Positions 44,896 through 55,579 of a DNA stretch of 64,000 bases are shown piece after piece. The notes under the pieces were generated by a model. That model was given only the letters and a program-made list of their open reading frames with translations, was not told the origin of the DNA and did not search any database. Numbering within the stretch: position 1 is the stretch's first letter; each line of letters opens with the position of its first letter. Source of the DNA: Clostridia bacterium (GTDB taxonomy: Bacteria > Bacillota > Clostridia > Oscillospirales > CAG-272); contig JAFUJB010000016.1 in the NCBI GenBank assembly GCA_017473865.1, forward strand, positions 135,476-199,475, written 5' to 3'. The position numbers were made by a program, and so were the translations under genes.

Positions 44896-44979
44896 CAAGA
44901 AGGCTATACACGGGCTTTGCCCGTGTATAGCCTTTATCAAATGCAAGAGAGTGTGTGCGGAGCACACACTCTCTCTTGT

Positions 44980-45666
44980 TTATCCGTTTATCATTTTGAG
45001 AATACCGATAGTCTTATTATTTGTAAAAACATAGCTTTCACAAAGGTCGATGTCAACGCTTTTTAAGTGGAAGGCAATCTTCTTTGTGGCGACAATATCG
45101 TTTGTTGAAATCGGTGAATTGTCTGGGTGATTGTGGGATATTATAACCTGAGATATGTTTCTGGTGTTTGCAATTTTTACGATATCTCCGATCTTGACCT
45201 CGCTTACGCTTTCAGTGCCCTCGTGCAGTTTTATGCAGTCGGTTATGCGGTTTTGGTTTTCAACGAGAAATAAGAATACGGTCTCTTTGTCAAGCGTCGC
45301 ATATTGCTTTTTCAGAAATTCGCACAGCTTTTCCTCGCTGTCAATTATCTCTTTGAAAAATTCGTCGTTGACGTAATATTTATATGAAATATCTTTAATT
45401 AACTTGAGCAGAAATGAGGCGTTTGCCGTCATATTTTTGAATGATTTGAGATATTGGGGGTTGGCGTTTAACACGTTTGGCAGTGAGCCGAATTCGTTTA
45501 AAAGCTCGTGCGCTATTTCGTTTGTGTCTTTGCGCGGCACCGCGAAAAACAAAATGAGCTCTAACAACTCGTGTTCCTGAAAGCTTGATATTCCGTTATT
45601 CAAATATCTTTTTTTAAGCCTTTGCCGATGTCCCTTGTGCAAATCAGATTTCTTTTTTCTTTCCAA
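44980..45666 (-). CDS. radC: RadC-like JAB domain protein
   Basis: HKGHRQRL..ELLELIL N-terminus and JAMM-like ISHNHP..S. Confidence 0.8.
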   Translation of the reverse strand: MERKKKSDLHKGHRQRLKKRYLNNGISSFQEHELLELILFFAVPRKDTNEIAHELLNEFGSLPNVLNANPQYLKSFKNMTANASFLLKLIKDISYKYYVNDEFFKEIIDSEEKLCEFLKKQYATLDKETVFLFLVENQNRITDCIKLHEGTESVSEVKIGDIVKIANTRNISQVIISHNHPDNSPISTNDIVATKKIAFHLKSVDIDLCESYVFTNNKTIGILKMING

Positions 45667-45916
45667 AATTTTTACACCTTTTGTTTATTATGTTTCCAGC
45701 ATTTTAACACATATTACAAAAGAAAACAAGATGCAAAAAAAGCTTTTACACAATATTTTATTATGTTTTACAATTCAATCATACATATTTAGGGAGTGCG
45801 TTATATAATTGTTGCATAGAACATTTGGAAAATTATTGATTATTTTGAGAAAATATAGTATAATAAACTATCTATGGACAAAAATTATTAATGGCTTTCT
45901 CACGGAGGAGTAAAAA

Positions 45917-47566
45917 ATGGCAATAGTTTTGAAAAAATCTGAAAAATTTGAAGGCGTAAAGGGTCCTATCCTTACAATTGTAATGGACGGCGTCGGAATT
46001 GCTCCCGACAACGCTGCAAATGCTTTTGCAAAGGCTTATACGCCCACTCTTGACAGACTTATGAAAGAATATCCCACGTTGGTTATTAAGGCTCACGGTT
46101 CGGCTGTAGGCCTTCCCAGCGATGACGATATGGGTAACTCAGAGGTTGGACACAACGCTCTCGGTTCAGGACAGGTATTCAGTCAGGGTGCAAAGCTTGT
46201 TTCCGAATCTATCGAAAGCGGAAAAATGTTTGCAAGCGAAACTTGGCAGACGCTCACCAAAAACGTTCTTGACAACAATTCAACCCTTCATTTCCTCGGA
46301 CTTTTCTCTGACGGAAACGTACATTCGCATATAAATCATCTCAAAGCAATGATTGAGCAGGCAAAGACCATAGGCGTTTCAAAAGTAAGAATACATATTC
46401 TTCTTGACGGAAGAGACGTCGGTGAAACGTCGGCTCTTGACTATATTGAACCCTTTGAAGCATTCATTGCGGACCTCAGAGATGCATCTTTTGACATTAA
46501 GATAGCATCAGGCGGCGGCAGAATGAAAATTACAATGGACAGATACGAAGCAAACTGGGCAATGGTCGAAGAGGGCTGGAAAACACACGTTCTCGGTGAA
46601 GGCAGATACTTTGCGTCGGCGGCAGAAGCTGTCAAAACGTACAGAGAAGAAACGGGCGTTATTGACCAGGACCTTCCTCCTTTCGTAATCGCTGAAGGCG
46701 GCAAGCCCGTAGGAACGATCGAGGACAACGACAGCGTAATTTTCTTTAACTTCAGAGGCGACCGTTCTATTGAGATTTCAACCGCTTTTGACTCAAAAGC
46801 ATTTACGAAGTTTGACAGAGTGAGAGTTCCCAACGTAATGTACGCAGGTATGCTCGAATACGACGGCGACCTCCACATTCCCTCACGTTTTTTGGTAAAT
46901 CCTCCCGAAATTACAAATACAATGGGCGAATATCTTTCAAATACGGGTATTTCCCAGTTTGCTCTCTCCGAAACACAGAAATACGGCCACGTTACGTATT
47001 TCTGGAACGGAAACAAGAGCGGCAAGTTTGATGAAAAGCTTGAAACTTACGTTGAAATTCCTTCAGACGTAGTACCATTTGAACAGCGCCCCTGGATGAA
47101 GTGCGCAGAGATTACGGATAAGCTTATTGAGGCTCTTGAAAGCGGTAAGTATAAGGTGCTGAGAGTTAACTTCCCCAACGGCGACATGGTAGGCCACACG
47201 GGTAATTTCCACGCCACAAAGATTAGTCTTGAAGCTCTCGACCTTTCAATTAAACGTATTCTTGAAGTTCTCGATAAGGTAGGCGGAACTGCTATTATTA
47301 CCGCTGACCACGGCAACTCCGACGAAATGTACGAAATGGATAAGAAAACGGGCGAACCCAAGGCAAACAAGGACGGCTCTTTGAAGGCAAAAACAAGCCA
47401 TACGCTCAACCCTGTTCCCATGATTATTTACGACAACAATACAAAAGACGCATATACGGTTAAGGAAGGCAAGTTCGGTCTTTCAAACGTTGCGGCAACT
47501 GTTGTAAATCTCCTCGGCTACGAAAAGCCTGAAATGTGGGACGAATCGGTTATCGAATTTAAATAA
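45917..47566 (+). CDS. gpmI: 2,3-bisphosphoglycerate-independent phosphoglycerate mutase (long form)
   Basis: DGVG, MGNSEVGHNALGSG, ADHGN; 549 aa. Confidence 0.85.
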   Translation: MAIVLKKSEKFEGVKGPILTIVMDGVGIAPDNAANAFAKAYTPTLDRLMKEYPTLVIKAHGSAVGLPSDDDMGNSEVGHNALGSGQVFSQGAKLVSESIESGKMFASETWQTLTKNVLDNNSTLHFLGLFSDGNVHSHINHLKAMIEQAKTIGVSKVRIHILLDGRDVGETSALDYIEPFEAFIADLRDASFDIKIASGGGRMKITMDRYEANWAMVEEGWKTHVLGEGRYFASAAEAVKTYREETGVIDQDLPPFVIAEGGKPVGTIEDNDSVIFFNFRGDRSIEISTAFDSKAFTKFDRVRVPNVMYAGMLEYDGDLHIPSRFLVNPPEITNTMGEYLSNTGISQFALSETQKYGHVTYFWNGNKSGKFDEKLETYVEIPSDVVPFEQRPWMKCAEITDKLIEALESGKYKVLRVNFPNGDMVGHTGNFHATKISLEALDLSIKRILEVLDKVGGTAIITADHGNSDEMYEMDKKTGEPKANKDGSLKAKTSHTLNPVPMIIYDNNTKDAYTVKEGKFGLSNVAATVVNLLGYEKPEMWDESVIEFK

Positions 47567-47644
47567 TTATATTACAAATGATTGGTATGGGGCATTTTGC
47601 CCCATACTGATATAAAGTATGTTTTTTTAAAGAAAGGAGAAAGT

Positions 47645-48643
47645 ATGGAAAACAACGAGAATAAAAAAAATAAAAACGTTGTAAATAACGGCAAAGCCGA
47701 AGAATTCGAGCCATCGGACTTTCTCTCTTCTTTGGATAATCATACGGTGGATAAAAACGGCAAAGCTATCGCGAAAAAAAAGAGAACGAGATCTTATCGC
47801 TTGTGGGTGGCAACACTTATACTTTGTATAACGGTTTTCGTTGTTTCGGCGGTTATGCTTGGGCTGAATATTTATGAAGGCTATTCGTCGAAAAAGATAA
47901 ACGAGGAGCTTAATCAGGTTTTTTTAGGCGTGTCCGTAAGAAAAGATTTTATGCCGTATCTTTCCCCCGTCGTTCTTCAGTCTCCGCTGCCCAGATACGG
48001 CAGTGTGAGTACGCCTGACACCGACAAGGACTATCAGACGGTTGAATCGAATAACCCCGTTCACGACCAGTTAAAGCAGAAGCTTACCGAATTTCAGCAG
48101 ACTAACCCCGATATATTCGGCTGGATACAGGTGGATGGAACCAATATAAGCTACGCGGTAGTAAAAGGAAATGATAACAGCTATTATCTCAACCATACCG
48201 TAACAAAGAAATATAATGCCAACGGAGCTATATTTGTTGATTACAGGTGCGAGGACAATATACTCGATAATCCGAACCTTGTTATATACGGTCATAATTC
48301 GCCCTATCTTAAGCAAATGTTCAATCAGTTGCATTTATTTCTTGACAAGTCTTTTTTTAAGCAGAATAAGTATATAACGATGTATACGATAGACGGTGTG
48401 TACAGATATGAGATCTTTGCAATATATGAGACCTATTCGACGTACAAATACAGTGAGATAAATTTTGAATCAAACGACACGTTTGTAAACTGGTGCAAAG
48501 AGATGAAAGAAAATTCACTTTATAATAGAGATTCGGAAGATTTTACTCCGGAATCAAGGATAATAACTCTTTCTACCTGTACAGGCGGTTATTACACGAG
48601 AAGATATTCGCTTCAAGGCAGACTTGTCAGGGTGGAAAAGTAA
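47645..48643 (+). CDS. srtB: class B sortase
   Basis: AAGGAG RBS. N-terminal TM, GHNSP, and catalytic TLSTC..R. Confidence 0.8.
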   Translation: MENNENKKNKNVVNNGKAEEFEPSDFLSSLDNHTVDKNGKAIAKKKRTRSYRLWVATLILCITVFVVSAVMLGLNIYEGYSSKKINEELNQVFLGVSVRKDFMPYLSPVVLQSPLPRYGSVSTPDTDKDYQTVESNNPVHDQLKQKLTEFQQTNPDIFGWIQVDGTNISYAVVKGNDNSYYLNHTVTKKYNANGAIFVDYRCEDNILDNPNLVIYGHNSPYLKQMFNQLHLFLDKSFFKQNKYITMYTIDGVYRYEIFAIYETYSTYKYSEINFESNDTFVNWCKEMKENSLYNRDSEDFTPESRIITLSTCTGGYYTRRYSLQGRLVRVEK

Positions 48644-48674
48644 GCTGTTAAAAAAACAAATGGAAGGCAAAAAA

Positions 48675-49388
48675 ATGAAAGTATCCGTTGTAATACCTGC
48701 ATATAACGAAGAAAACAGAATAGAAGAAAGCGCAAAAATACTTGACGGATACCTGAAAGACCTTTATGACGACTATGAGATAATCTTTTGCAGCGACGGC
48801 AGTACCGATTCTACATTTGAAAAGGCGAAGGCGCTTGAAAAGGGTAATCGGAACATAAAGGCGGTCGGTTATGAACTTAACAGGGGAAAAGGATGCGCTG
48901 TAAGAACGGGTGTGCTTGCCTCCGACGGAGATATTGTCATATTTACGGATTGTGACCTTGCTTACGGTACTGACGTAATAAAGAAAGCGGTCGATAAGTT
49001 CGAGGAAACGGGCGCACAACTGGTAATAGGCTCAAGAAATCTTGACTCAGAGAGCTATAAAGGCTATTCGTTTGCACGAAAGCTTATGTCAAGGGTGTAT
49101 TTTAAACTTATATCGCTTATGACGGGGTTCAAGCAGACTGACAGCCAATGCGGATTTAAGTGTTTTACCAAAGATGCGGCGCATACGATTTTCAGCGAGT
49201 GCAAGATAGACAGCTTTGCATTTGACCTTGAGGCGTTGCTTAAGGCGCAAGATAAGGGATACAAGATCGAGGAGATTGCTGTCAGGATTATTAACAACGA
49301 CAATCGCAATACGAAAGTTAAGATGGTTTCGGACTCTGTAAGAATGCTTAAGGACATAAGACAGATCAAGCGTAACCAAAAATCTTAA
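48675..49388 (+). CDS. family 2 glycosyltransferase (dolichyl/polyprenyl-phosphate glycosyltransferase-like)
   Basis: VSVVIPAYNEE, SDGSTD, DCD. Confidence 0.75.
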   Translation: MKVSVVIPAYNEENRIEESAKILDGYLKDLYDDYEIIFCSDGSTDSTFEKAKALEKGNRNIKAVGYELNRGKGCAVRTGVLASDGDIVIFTDCDLAYGTDVIKKAVDKFEETGAQLVIGSRNLDSESYKGYSFARKLMSRVYFKLISLMTGFKQTDSQCGFKCFTKDAAHTIFSECKIDSFAFDLEALLKAQDKGYKIEEIAVRIINNDNRNTKVKMVSDSVRMLKDIRQIKRNQKS

Positions 49389-49474
49389 AAGGCGGTCCCT
49401 ACTTTCTTTTAAGGAAAGAAAGTAGGCAAAGAAACCTTGCAACATGGGTTTGCAGAGGCAATATTGCCTAATTG

Positions 49475-49499
49475 GTAGGGGACGGCGCCTCGACGTCCC
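49475..49499 (+). repeat. REP variant 2 (GTAG+GGGACGGCGCCTCGACGTCCC)
   Basis: Same variant as inside RayT copy 3. Confidence 0.75.
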
Positions 49500-49732
49500 G
49501 TTTAAAGCGAAGCGGGGCAAAGAAACCTTGCAACACGGGTTTGCGTAAGCCGTGAAGCATATTAAATAATGGTAGGGGAGGGGCTTGCTCCTCCCGCTTT
49601 ATTTTTTGGGAAAGAAAGTAGGCAAAGGCGGCAACGCCGCACGACCCCGCTTTTTTGTAAAAAAGTGGGGCAAAAAACTTCAAACATGGGTTTAAATAAG
49701 CCATAATGTATAATTAACATTGGTAGAAACGG

Positions 49733-49757
49733 GACGTCGAGGCGCCGTCCCCTACCA
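49733..49757 (-). repeat. REP variant 2, inverted partner
   Basis: GGGACGTCGAGGCGCCGTCCCCTAC. Confidence 0.75.
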
Positions 49758-49861
49758 AATTTACAAAACTCGTTAAGAAAAGTTTTGAGGGAGTCAAGAG
49801 GGCACTTTTTCAAAAGTACCCTCTTGTGTGGTTTCGGGAGCGAAGCTCCTGACTGTTTATA

Positions 49862-49908
49862 CAATAAATAAAATGGCTACACACCGGCGTCGCCCGTGTG
49901 TAGCCATT
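49862..49908 (-). terminator. terminator of the GH gene
   Basis: AATGGCTACACAC..GTGTGTAGCCATT followed by TTTATTTATT on the minus strand. Confidence 0.75.
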
Positions 49909-49911
49909 ATT

Positions 49912-52900
49912 TTAATAACCTTTAATCATATTTAAGAAGATGGTGTTGATCTTCCACTTATATCCGGGGATAGTGGATATTCTGAGTTTGATATATTCAT
50001 CGTCGCTTTCGTTGACCAAGGGGAGAAGCTTGCATTGGTATCTTCCTTTTTTAACTACCTCACCGCCGGCTTTTCTGCCGTTAACAGCTTCAACGATGGT
50101 TACGCTGTCTTCTTCATTATCTCCAGAGACGACAAGCATTTCGTACTGACCGCGGGGATTTTCAATAATAAATTCAACAGGCTCAGTACCTTCAACAAAG
50201 TCGCGTCTGAGTATATCGTCGGTACCTCTGTCAACCGCTTTAATGTTTTCTTCGGTGTTAAAGCCAAATCCGCGTTTGTATGTAAACGCCAGACTGTCTT
50301 CATCGATATGAATAAACGGCAGGCTGAATATAGCGCGTCTGTCTGCAACGTAAGCCTGACGCATAAATGCCCAAGCGTATTTTTTATCCTTGACTGGTCC
50401 GAAATCGAACTTATAGAGCGTATGGTTATCCATACGGGTATTTCCGAGATACCAGCTTCGAATAAAGTTGTCGATTGCTTTATAATACTCTGTATCTTCG
50501 TTCTCGCCCACGAAAAGTCTGCGTTTGGTATATGATTCTCTTTCGAGGACTTCGGTGTTGTATTCGTTACCGAACGTAAAGGGAGTGTACGCGCTGGCGT
50601 CTGCAGATACGGTGTAGCTCTTGCCCTCTTCGGTTTCAAAGGTAATTACGTTGTTTTCAAGGCTGAATTCAACCGGCTTACCATCGCAGAATACTTTAAG
50701 GGTATTATCCATAAAGGGAGAGGTAAGTCTGACAGAACCGCCCTTATTGCTTGTGATATATACCCAAGCAAGCTTGTTATCTTTGAGTTCTGCACTGATT
50801 TCAAAAGCACCCTTAGCAAGCAGGCGGTCAAAGCGTGCGTTTTCCCAGGCATCGTACTTGTTGTAACGGTCAATGTATTCCGCATAGGGATAACCCTTTT
50901 TATGCATACGCTCCATTTCGGGATCGCCGTCGGGAATAGCAGGGAATATGCGTATAATGCCGTTGTGGGACTGGAGCAGCATTTCGTTTACTGCCGCGAG
51001 CATTTCACCGGTAAATTCCATCATACAGGGATAGTAGAGCATCTGACGGGGCATAAGACAGTAGTTTATAAAGTGGTCTGTCTCTTCTGCAGTAAGTCCG
51101 TTTGAACGGAGCATATGATCTATACCTCTTTCGTATAACAAGCGCAAAGCGGTCTGACCTCTGCCCAATCTTGCTGCCGCTGCTGCCAACCAGCTGCAAG
51201 CAAATATGCTTATTTCGGAATTGTCTTCGATATGGTCAACGGTGTTTGACCAGTACTGATATGCCTCTTTGTCTGTATCGAAATCGAATTCGCCGATAGG
51301 ATAGAGGGGCATAAGTAAGCTCGGATGGCGGAGCCACTGGTTGTCGGGTGTGTCGGGAGAATCGTTGTAGTGTACTCCGTGCATATTGTTAGGTTTGCTT
51401 AAAGCATACTTAGGCAGTCTCTCCATAAGGTGTCTGAATTTTTCGAGAAGGGGAGAATTGTCTCCGAGTATTTTTGCGGATTCAAGAGTAAACTTAAGGA
51501 GATATTTTGCGGAAGCTACCGTAATTGTCGTATTGTGAGCAAGGGGTCCTTGTTCGGGAGAAATGTCGGGATATACGTTATACGTGTCGGTCTCTTCGTC
51601 GTATTCAAATACCTGAAGAAGATTTTCAGCTATCTGTACGAAGAGAGGATACGCGTCATTTCTCAGATATTCGGTGTCAAGACTGTATTCGTAAAGGAAC
51701 CACATATACTGAGCGCACCAAGGCATAAGGCTGTAATAGAAGGGGTGCGGATAGTCTGCAGCAACGCCTGTGAAATTATGTTTGTCTCTTGCAAACTTTT
51801 TCGCATTTTCGACATAACAAAGAAGTCCGTCGGAGAATATCTTTGCCCAGTCAAGTCTGTTTGACGAAAATGCACCTGCAAACGATGCCTGAATATTTGC
51901 GTCCCAGTACCACTTACTGCCCCAAAGATTAGGACGTTTTACGTCCCACAGACCGTTAAGACCGCAAGCCTGATGCTTCATAATGCCGTCTTTGCCCGAG
52001 GAGCAGTCGAGCGTATACATATTTACGTAATAAACGTTTTCAAGGAATTTGTCGGGGATGGAAATATTGCCGCGCGTAAAGAAGTCGTCCCAGTATTCTT
52101 TGTGTTCTTTGTACATTTCCTGCAAATTACTTTCGTATTCGCGGATTGCAGTTACTACGTCGTTTTCGGGATCTGAATATTTCCACTCGGTAACAACAGC
52201 GGTGAGCATAGTAAAGTCTTTGCCCGCTTTTGTAATTTTTATATCCGCGCCAAACTCGCTTTCAACAAGCGTACCCTCAGCTCCGATAAGGTTGATTGCA
52301 CCCGAGAAAACGAATGTTTTCGACGAGGAGTCGGGACCTTGAATTTCGTTTGTTACGGTATATACAAAAGTATGGTTGTCTACCTGTTTATAGTCAACTT
52401 TCGGCAGATCGAGATCGCGGAAGGGGTTAAATACAACGTGTACAGTATCAACAAGGCCTTCGTCGCTCTGCTTGAATTTGTTGATAATACAGTCTTTTCT
52501 TGCTACGATGGTTTCTATATCGAGCTTTTTCTCGTCTTTTTCAAGAGAGAGAACGGTTTTTGCATCCTGTACGAACAGGGAGAGATTGCTGTCGGCTTTG
52601 TCGAGGTCTTTGCTGAACGTAAATTCAACGTCGCCTGTAAGAGGGAAGCTTGCAGAAAAACTGCCTATGGCATAGTAGTCGCGGTTAAAAGCGCCTCGCT
52701 TCCACGTGCCGTAAAACGTGTATGGCTCGTTTCCGTTAGGAATATTATGGTCAGCCTGCTCTTTTCTCTGTCTGTGGTAGGCACCCGGATCTTTTTCAAT
52801 AGCACCGTTTGCAAGATATTGGCTCGGCAGAACGTGCTTTCTTATGTTATAGTATATTTCGTAGTGGTTCATGGGCATAAACAGACGGTTATTTTCGTAA

Positions 52901-52989
52901 TAAAGCATACAGCCGAAAATGCTGTTTCCCAAAGGAAGTGCATTGTCCCATTTGTTTACGGTGTTTTTAAAGATTACTGAATGTTTCAT
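49912..52989 (-). CDS. large cytoplasmic glycoside-hydrolase-like protein (GH95-like N-terminus)
   Basis: 1025 aa from the ATG after AAAGGA. No signal peptide. WDNALPLGNS.FGCM resembles the GH95/Glyco_hyd_65N_2 start (recollection). Confidence 0.5.
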   Translation of the reverse strand: MKHSVIFKNTVNKWDNALPLGNSIFGCMLYYENNRLFMPMNHYEIYYNIRKHVLPSQYLANGAIEKDPGAYHRQRKEQADHNIPNGNEPYTFYGTWKRGAFNRDYYAIGSFSASFPLTGDVEFTFSKDLDKADSNLSLFVQDAKTVLSLEKDEKKLDIETIVARKDCIINKFKQSDEGLVDTVHVVFNPFRDLDLPKVDYKQVDNHTFVYTVTNEIQGPDSSSKTFVFSGAINLIGAEGTLVESEFGADIKITKAGKDFTMLTAVVTEWKYSDPENDVVTAIREYESNLQEMYKEHKEYWDDFFTRGNISIPDKFLENVYYVNMYTLDCSSGKDGIMKHQACGLNGLWDVKRPNLWGSKWYWDANIQASFAGAFSSNRLDWAKIFSDGLLCYVENAKKFARDKHNFTGVAADYPHPFYYSLMPWCAQYMWFLYEYSLDTEYLRNDAYPLFVQIAENLLQVFEYDEETDTYNVYPDISPEQGPLAHNTTITVASAKYLLKFTLESAKILGDNSPLLEKFRHLMERLPKYALSKPNNMHGVHYNDSPDTPDNQWLRHPSLLMPLYPIGEFDFDTDKEAYQYWSNTVDHIEDNSEISIFACSWLAAAAARLGRGQTALRLLYERGIDHMLRSNGLTAEETDHFINYCLMPRQMLYYPCMMEFTGEMLAAVNEMLLQSHNGIIRIFPAIPDGDPEMERMHKKGYPYAEYIDRYNKYDAWENARFDRLLAKGAFEISAELKDNKLAWVYITSNKGGSVRLTSPFMDNTLKVFCDGKPVEFSLENNVITFETEEGKSYTVSADASAYTPFTFGNEYNTEVLERESYTKRRLFVGENEDTEYYKAIDNFIRSWYLGNTRMDNHTLYKFDFGPVKDKKYAWAFMRQAYVADRRAIFSLPFIHIDEDSLAFTYKRGFGFNTEENIKAVDRGTDDILRRDFVEGTEPVEFIIENPRGQYEMLVVSGDNEEDSVTIVEAVNGRKAGGEVVKKGRYQCKLLPLVNESDDEYIKLRISTIPGYKWKINTIFLNMIKGY

Positions 52990-53309
52990 ATCAATAATTC
53001 CTTTCATCGCGGCACAAGCCATAATTATATATAAACTATGCTAATTATACAGTAAAAAAATATTGTTTACAATGGAATATTACGGCGTAAAATATAATTA
53101 TATCCGTACTTGCGCTATACAGAAAGGAAGCGGGCGAACAAAATACGAGCGTTTTAAATGTGTGCAGCTTCCTGCGGGGTAATTTTTTTGTTGCAATAAA
53201 AGAAAATACTTGCAAATGGTTTATTAATATGATACACTGATACCGATAGAAAAGAAAATAATAATTCTTTCATTTTTGATAAAAAAATATAATGATACCG
53301 AGGTGTATT

Positions 53310-54215
53310 ATGGTCGATCCAAAAATTGAATCTTTGTTGACCGTGGTAAAGTACGGCAATTTTACGAGAGCGGCTGAGGTGTTGTCTTTGACACAGCCTG
53401 CGATCAGCCATCATATAAAACAGCTGGAAAACGAGCTTGGAGTAGTTATTTTCTCGCGCAAAAAAGGCGATCTTAAGCTGACAAAAGCGGGGGAAATAGT
53501 TGTAAAATACGCTTTGAGAATAAATGCCGTGTATGACAGAATGAAAGAGGTTCTGTCCGACAGAGAGAACAATATCGAAAGACTTCGAATAGGCATAACG
53601 CATACTGCGGAAAGTAATGTTATAGCTGAGGTTCTTGCAAAATACGGAAACGATAATCCCGATATAATCATAACTATTATAACGGACTCGATAAAAAATC
53701 TTTATAGTATGCTTGAAAATTATGAAATAGATTTTGCTATAGTCGAGGGTATGTCGGGTAATACGGAAACGAATTCGCTTCTGCTTGACACAGACTATCT
53801 CGTATGCGCTGTTGCAAACGAAAATCCCATTTCGAAACAGTCCATGATCACAATTGAGGAACTGAGAAAACAGAGGCTTATTCTTCGTTTGCCTATGTCG
53901 GGAACGGTAAACTTGTTCGTCAGCAGTCTTGAGAGCATTAACCGCTCGATAGATGAGTTTAACGTAATTCTGGAGGTTGACAATATTGACACCATAAAAA
54001 CGCTTATCAGAAAGAATCTGGGCGTTTCGATACTGCCGAAATCAACCTGTATGGACGAGGTCCGCAAGAAAAAAATGACTATTCTTCCAATTGAAAACCT
54101 GAGTATGATCAGAGAGACAAACATCGTATACCTGAAGGATTTCAGACATACGGAAGTGTTGCAGGATATAACCAAGCTTTACAATAAAATTTTAAAAATG
54201 CAGGTAGTGAAATAA
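53310..54215 (+). CDS. LysR family transcriptional regulator
   Basis: N-terminal HTH FTRAAEVLSLTQPAISHHIKQLE. GAGGTG RBS. Confidence 0.85.
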   Translation: MVDPKIESLLTVVKYGNFTRAAEVLSLTQPAISHHIKQLENELGVVIFSRKKGDLKLTKAGEIVVKYALRINAVYDRMKEVLSDRENNIERLRIGITHTAESNVIAEVLAKYGNDNPDIIITIITDSIKNLYSMLENYEIDFAIVEGMSGNTETNSLLLDTDYLVCAVANENPISKQSMITIEELRKQRLILRLPMSGTVNLFVSSLESINRSIDEFNVILEVDNIDTIKTLIRKNLGVSILPKSTCMDEVRKKKMTILPIENLSMIRETNIVYLKDFRHTEVLQDITKLYNKILKMQVVK

Positions 54216-54394
54216 ATAACGGCTGTATGTGGGCAGAGCCCATATACAGCCGTTATTGTTTTGTAAGACGCCTTTTTGTGTGAATTGTAGAAAAAAGGTG
54301 GCTTGTATTGATTTTTACAGCTGTATGATATATAATGTTACTGTGTATATGGTCAAACTGAGGGTAGATTACATTTTGCTATTAAAGATACGGG

Positions 54395-55579
54395 GTGGTA
54401 TTCATAAAAATTTGTTTTATACTTCCAAAGGGGCTGCCTATGCCGCCTGTAAAAGGCGGGGCGATCGAAACGCTGATTAACGATATAATTGAACAAAACG
54501 AGAAAGAAAAACAACTGGATATTACGGTTGTTTCCGTGTATGATGAAAAAGCTGAAGAAGAGTCGAAAAAATATTCTTATTCCAAGTTTCTTTATGTGAA
54601 AAAGAACCTGGAATACTATTTAACGGCTTTTTGCGTGAGAATAAAAAATATGCTTGGGAAAGTACTCAATACCTATAATGAGGTCGTTCTGCGCAAAATA
54701 AGAAAAATGAAATTTGATTATGTTGTAGCAGAAGATGGCGCATTTATGTCTTTTGAGAACTATCTCAAATATTTTGATAAAGATCAGATGATAGTTCATT
54801 TTCACCACAATCAGACTGAAGAAGTGTGTTTGGAAAACGTTTTTTCCATGTATATTGGAGTAAGCAGTTTTGTTGCAAATAATTTTAGAAAATTTACCCG
54901 AATAAAAGATGTTCGTGTGTTAAAAAACGGAATAAAGACCGAAAACTTTATGAAAAAGACAGATGAACAGGAAAGATTGACTTTGAGGGAAAAGCTTGGT
55001 TTTTCAAAGGATGATTTTATTGTTATGTTCTGCGGCAGGTTGATCCCTGAAAAGGGCGTTTTGGAACTTGCGAAAGCAGTAAACAGGATCGATAAGAAGA
55101 ATATCAAGCTTATGATAATCGGTTCTGTGAATTTCGGAGATAACACAAAAAATAACGAATATGTTTGTGAAATCCAGAATGAGATAAAAGCGTCTGACGG
55201 AAGAATTGTTGTAACGGGATTTGTTCATAACACGGAAATATTCAAATATCATCAGATCTCCGATGTTGGTGTTTTACCGTCTATGTGGGAAGATGCCGCA
55301 CCGCTTTCGCTTATAGAAATGCAGGTATCGGGGTTGCCTATAATTACGACAAGGTCCGGCGGGGCGCCCGAATACGTTGCTGAAGATGCGATTGTGATTG
55401 AAAAAGATGAGACGGTTGTTGATGGGTTGAAGGACGGAATTCTCAGACTGTACAATGATGATGAATTCAGGACGAAAATGTCTGAAAATGCAAGACAGAA
55501 CGCGCTGAGGTTCAGCACGGAAAACTTCTATAAAGATTTTATCAACATTCTAAGGACAAAAAATAATGACAAAGAGTAA
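54395..55579 (+). CDS. GT4-family (GT-B) glycosyltransferase
   Basis: PPVKGGAIE N-terminus and the E..PLSLIEMQVSGLP C-terminal motif. GTG start is tentative. Confidence 0.7.
   Translation: MVFIKICFILPKGLPMPPVKGGAIETLINDIIEQNEKEKQLDITVVSVYDEKAEEESKKYSYSKFLYVKKNLEYYLTAFCVRIKNMLGKVLNTYNEVVLRKIRKMKFDYVVAEDGAFMSFENYLKYFDKDQMIVHFHHNQTEEVCLENVFSMYIGVSSFVANNFRKFTRIKDVRVLKNGIKTENFMKKTDEQERLTLREKLGFSKDDFIVMFCGRLIPEKGVLELAKAVNRIDKKNIKLMIIGSVNFGDNTKNNEYVCEIQNEIKASDGRIVVTGFVHNTEIFKYHQISDVGVLPSMWEDAAPLSLIEMQVSGLPIITTRSGGAPEYVAEDAIVIEKDETVVDGLKDGILRLYNDDEFRTKMSENARQNALRFSTENFYKDFINILRTKNNDKE

Larger units (their letters stand above)
49391..49860. repeat. BIME-like mosaic repeat cluster
   Basis: Contains an inverted REP variant-2 pair, a third GTAG palindrome (49572-49595), and modules shared with 2159-2427, 19745-19792 and 23394-24080. 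Confidence 0.8.

Noticed and set aside
47585-47607. Hairpin GTATGGGGC..GCCCCATAC after gpmI as a terminator
   Set aside because: There is no T-run on either strand, so the evidence is too weak to annotate.
23571-49757. Could the recurring 26-nt GC-rich palindromes be a CRISPR array?
   Set aside because: The copies are irregularly spaced, occur in both orientations, sit partly inside genes and are embedded in other repeats. There is no regular repeat-spacer periodicity and no cas genes.
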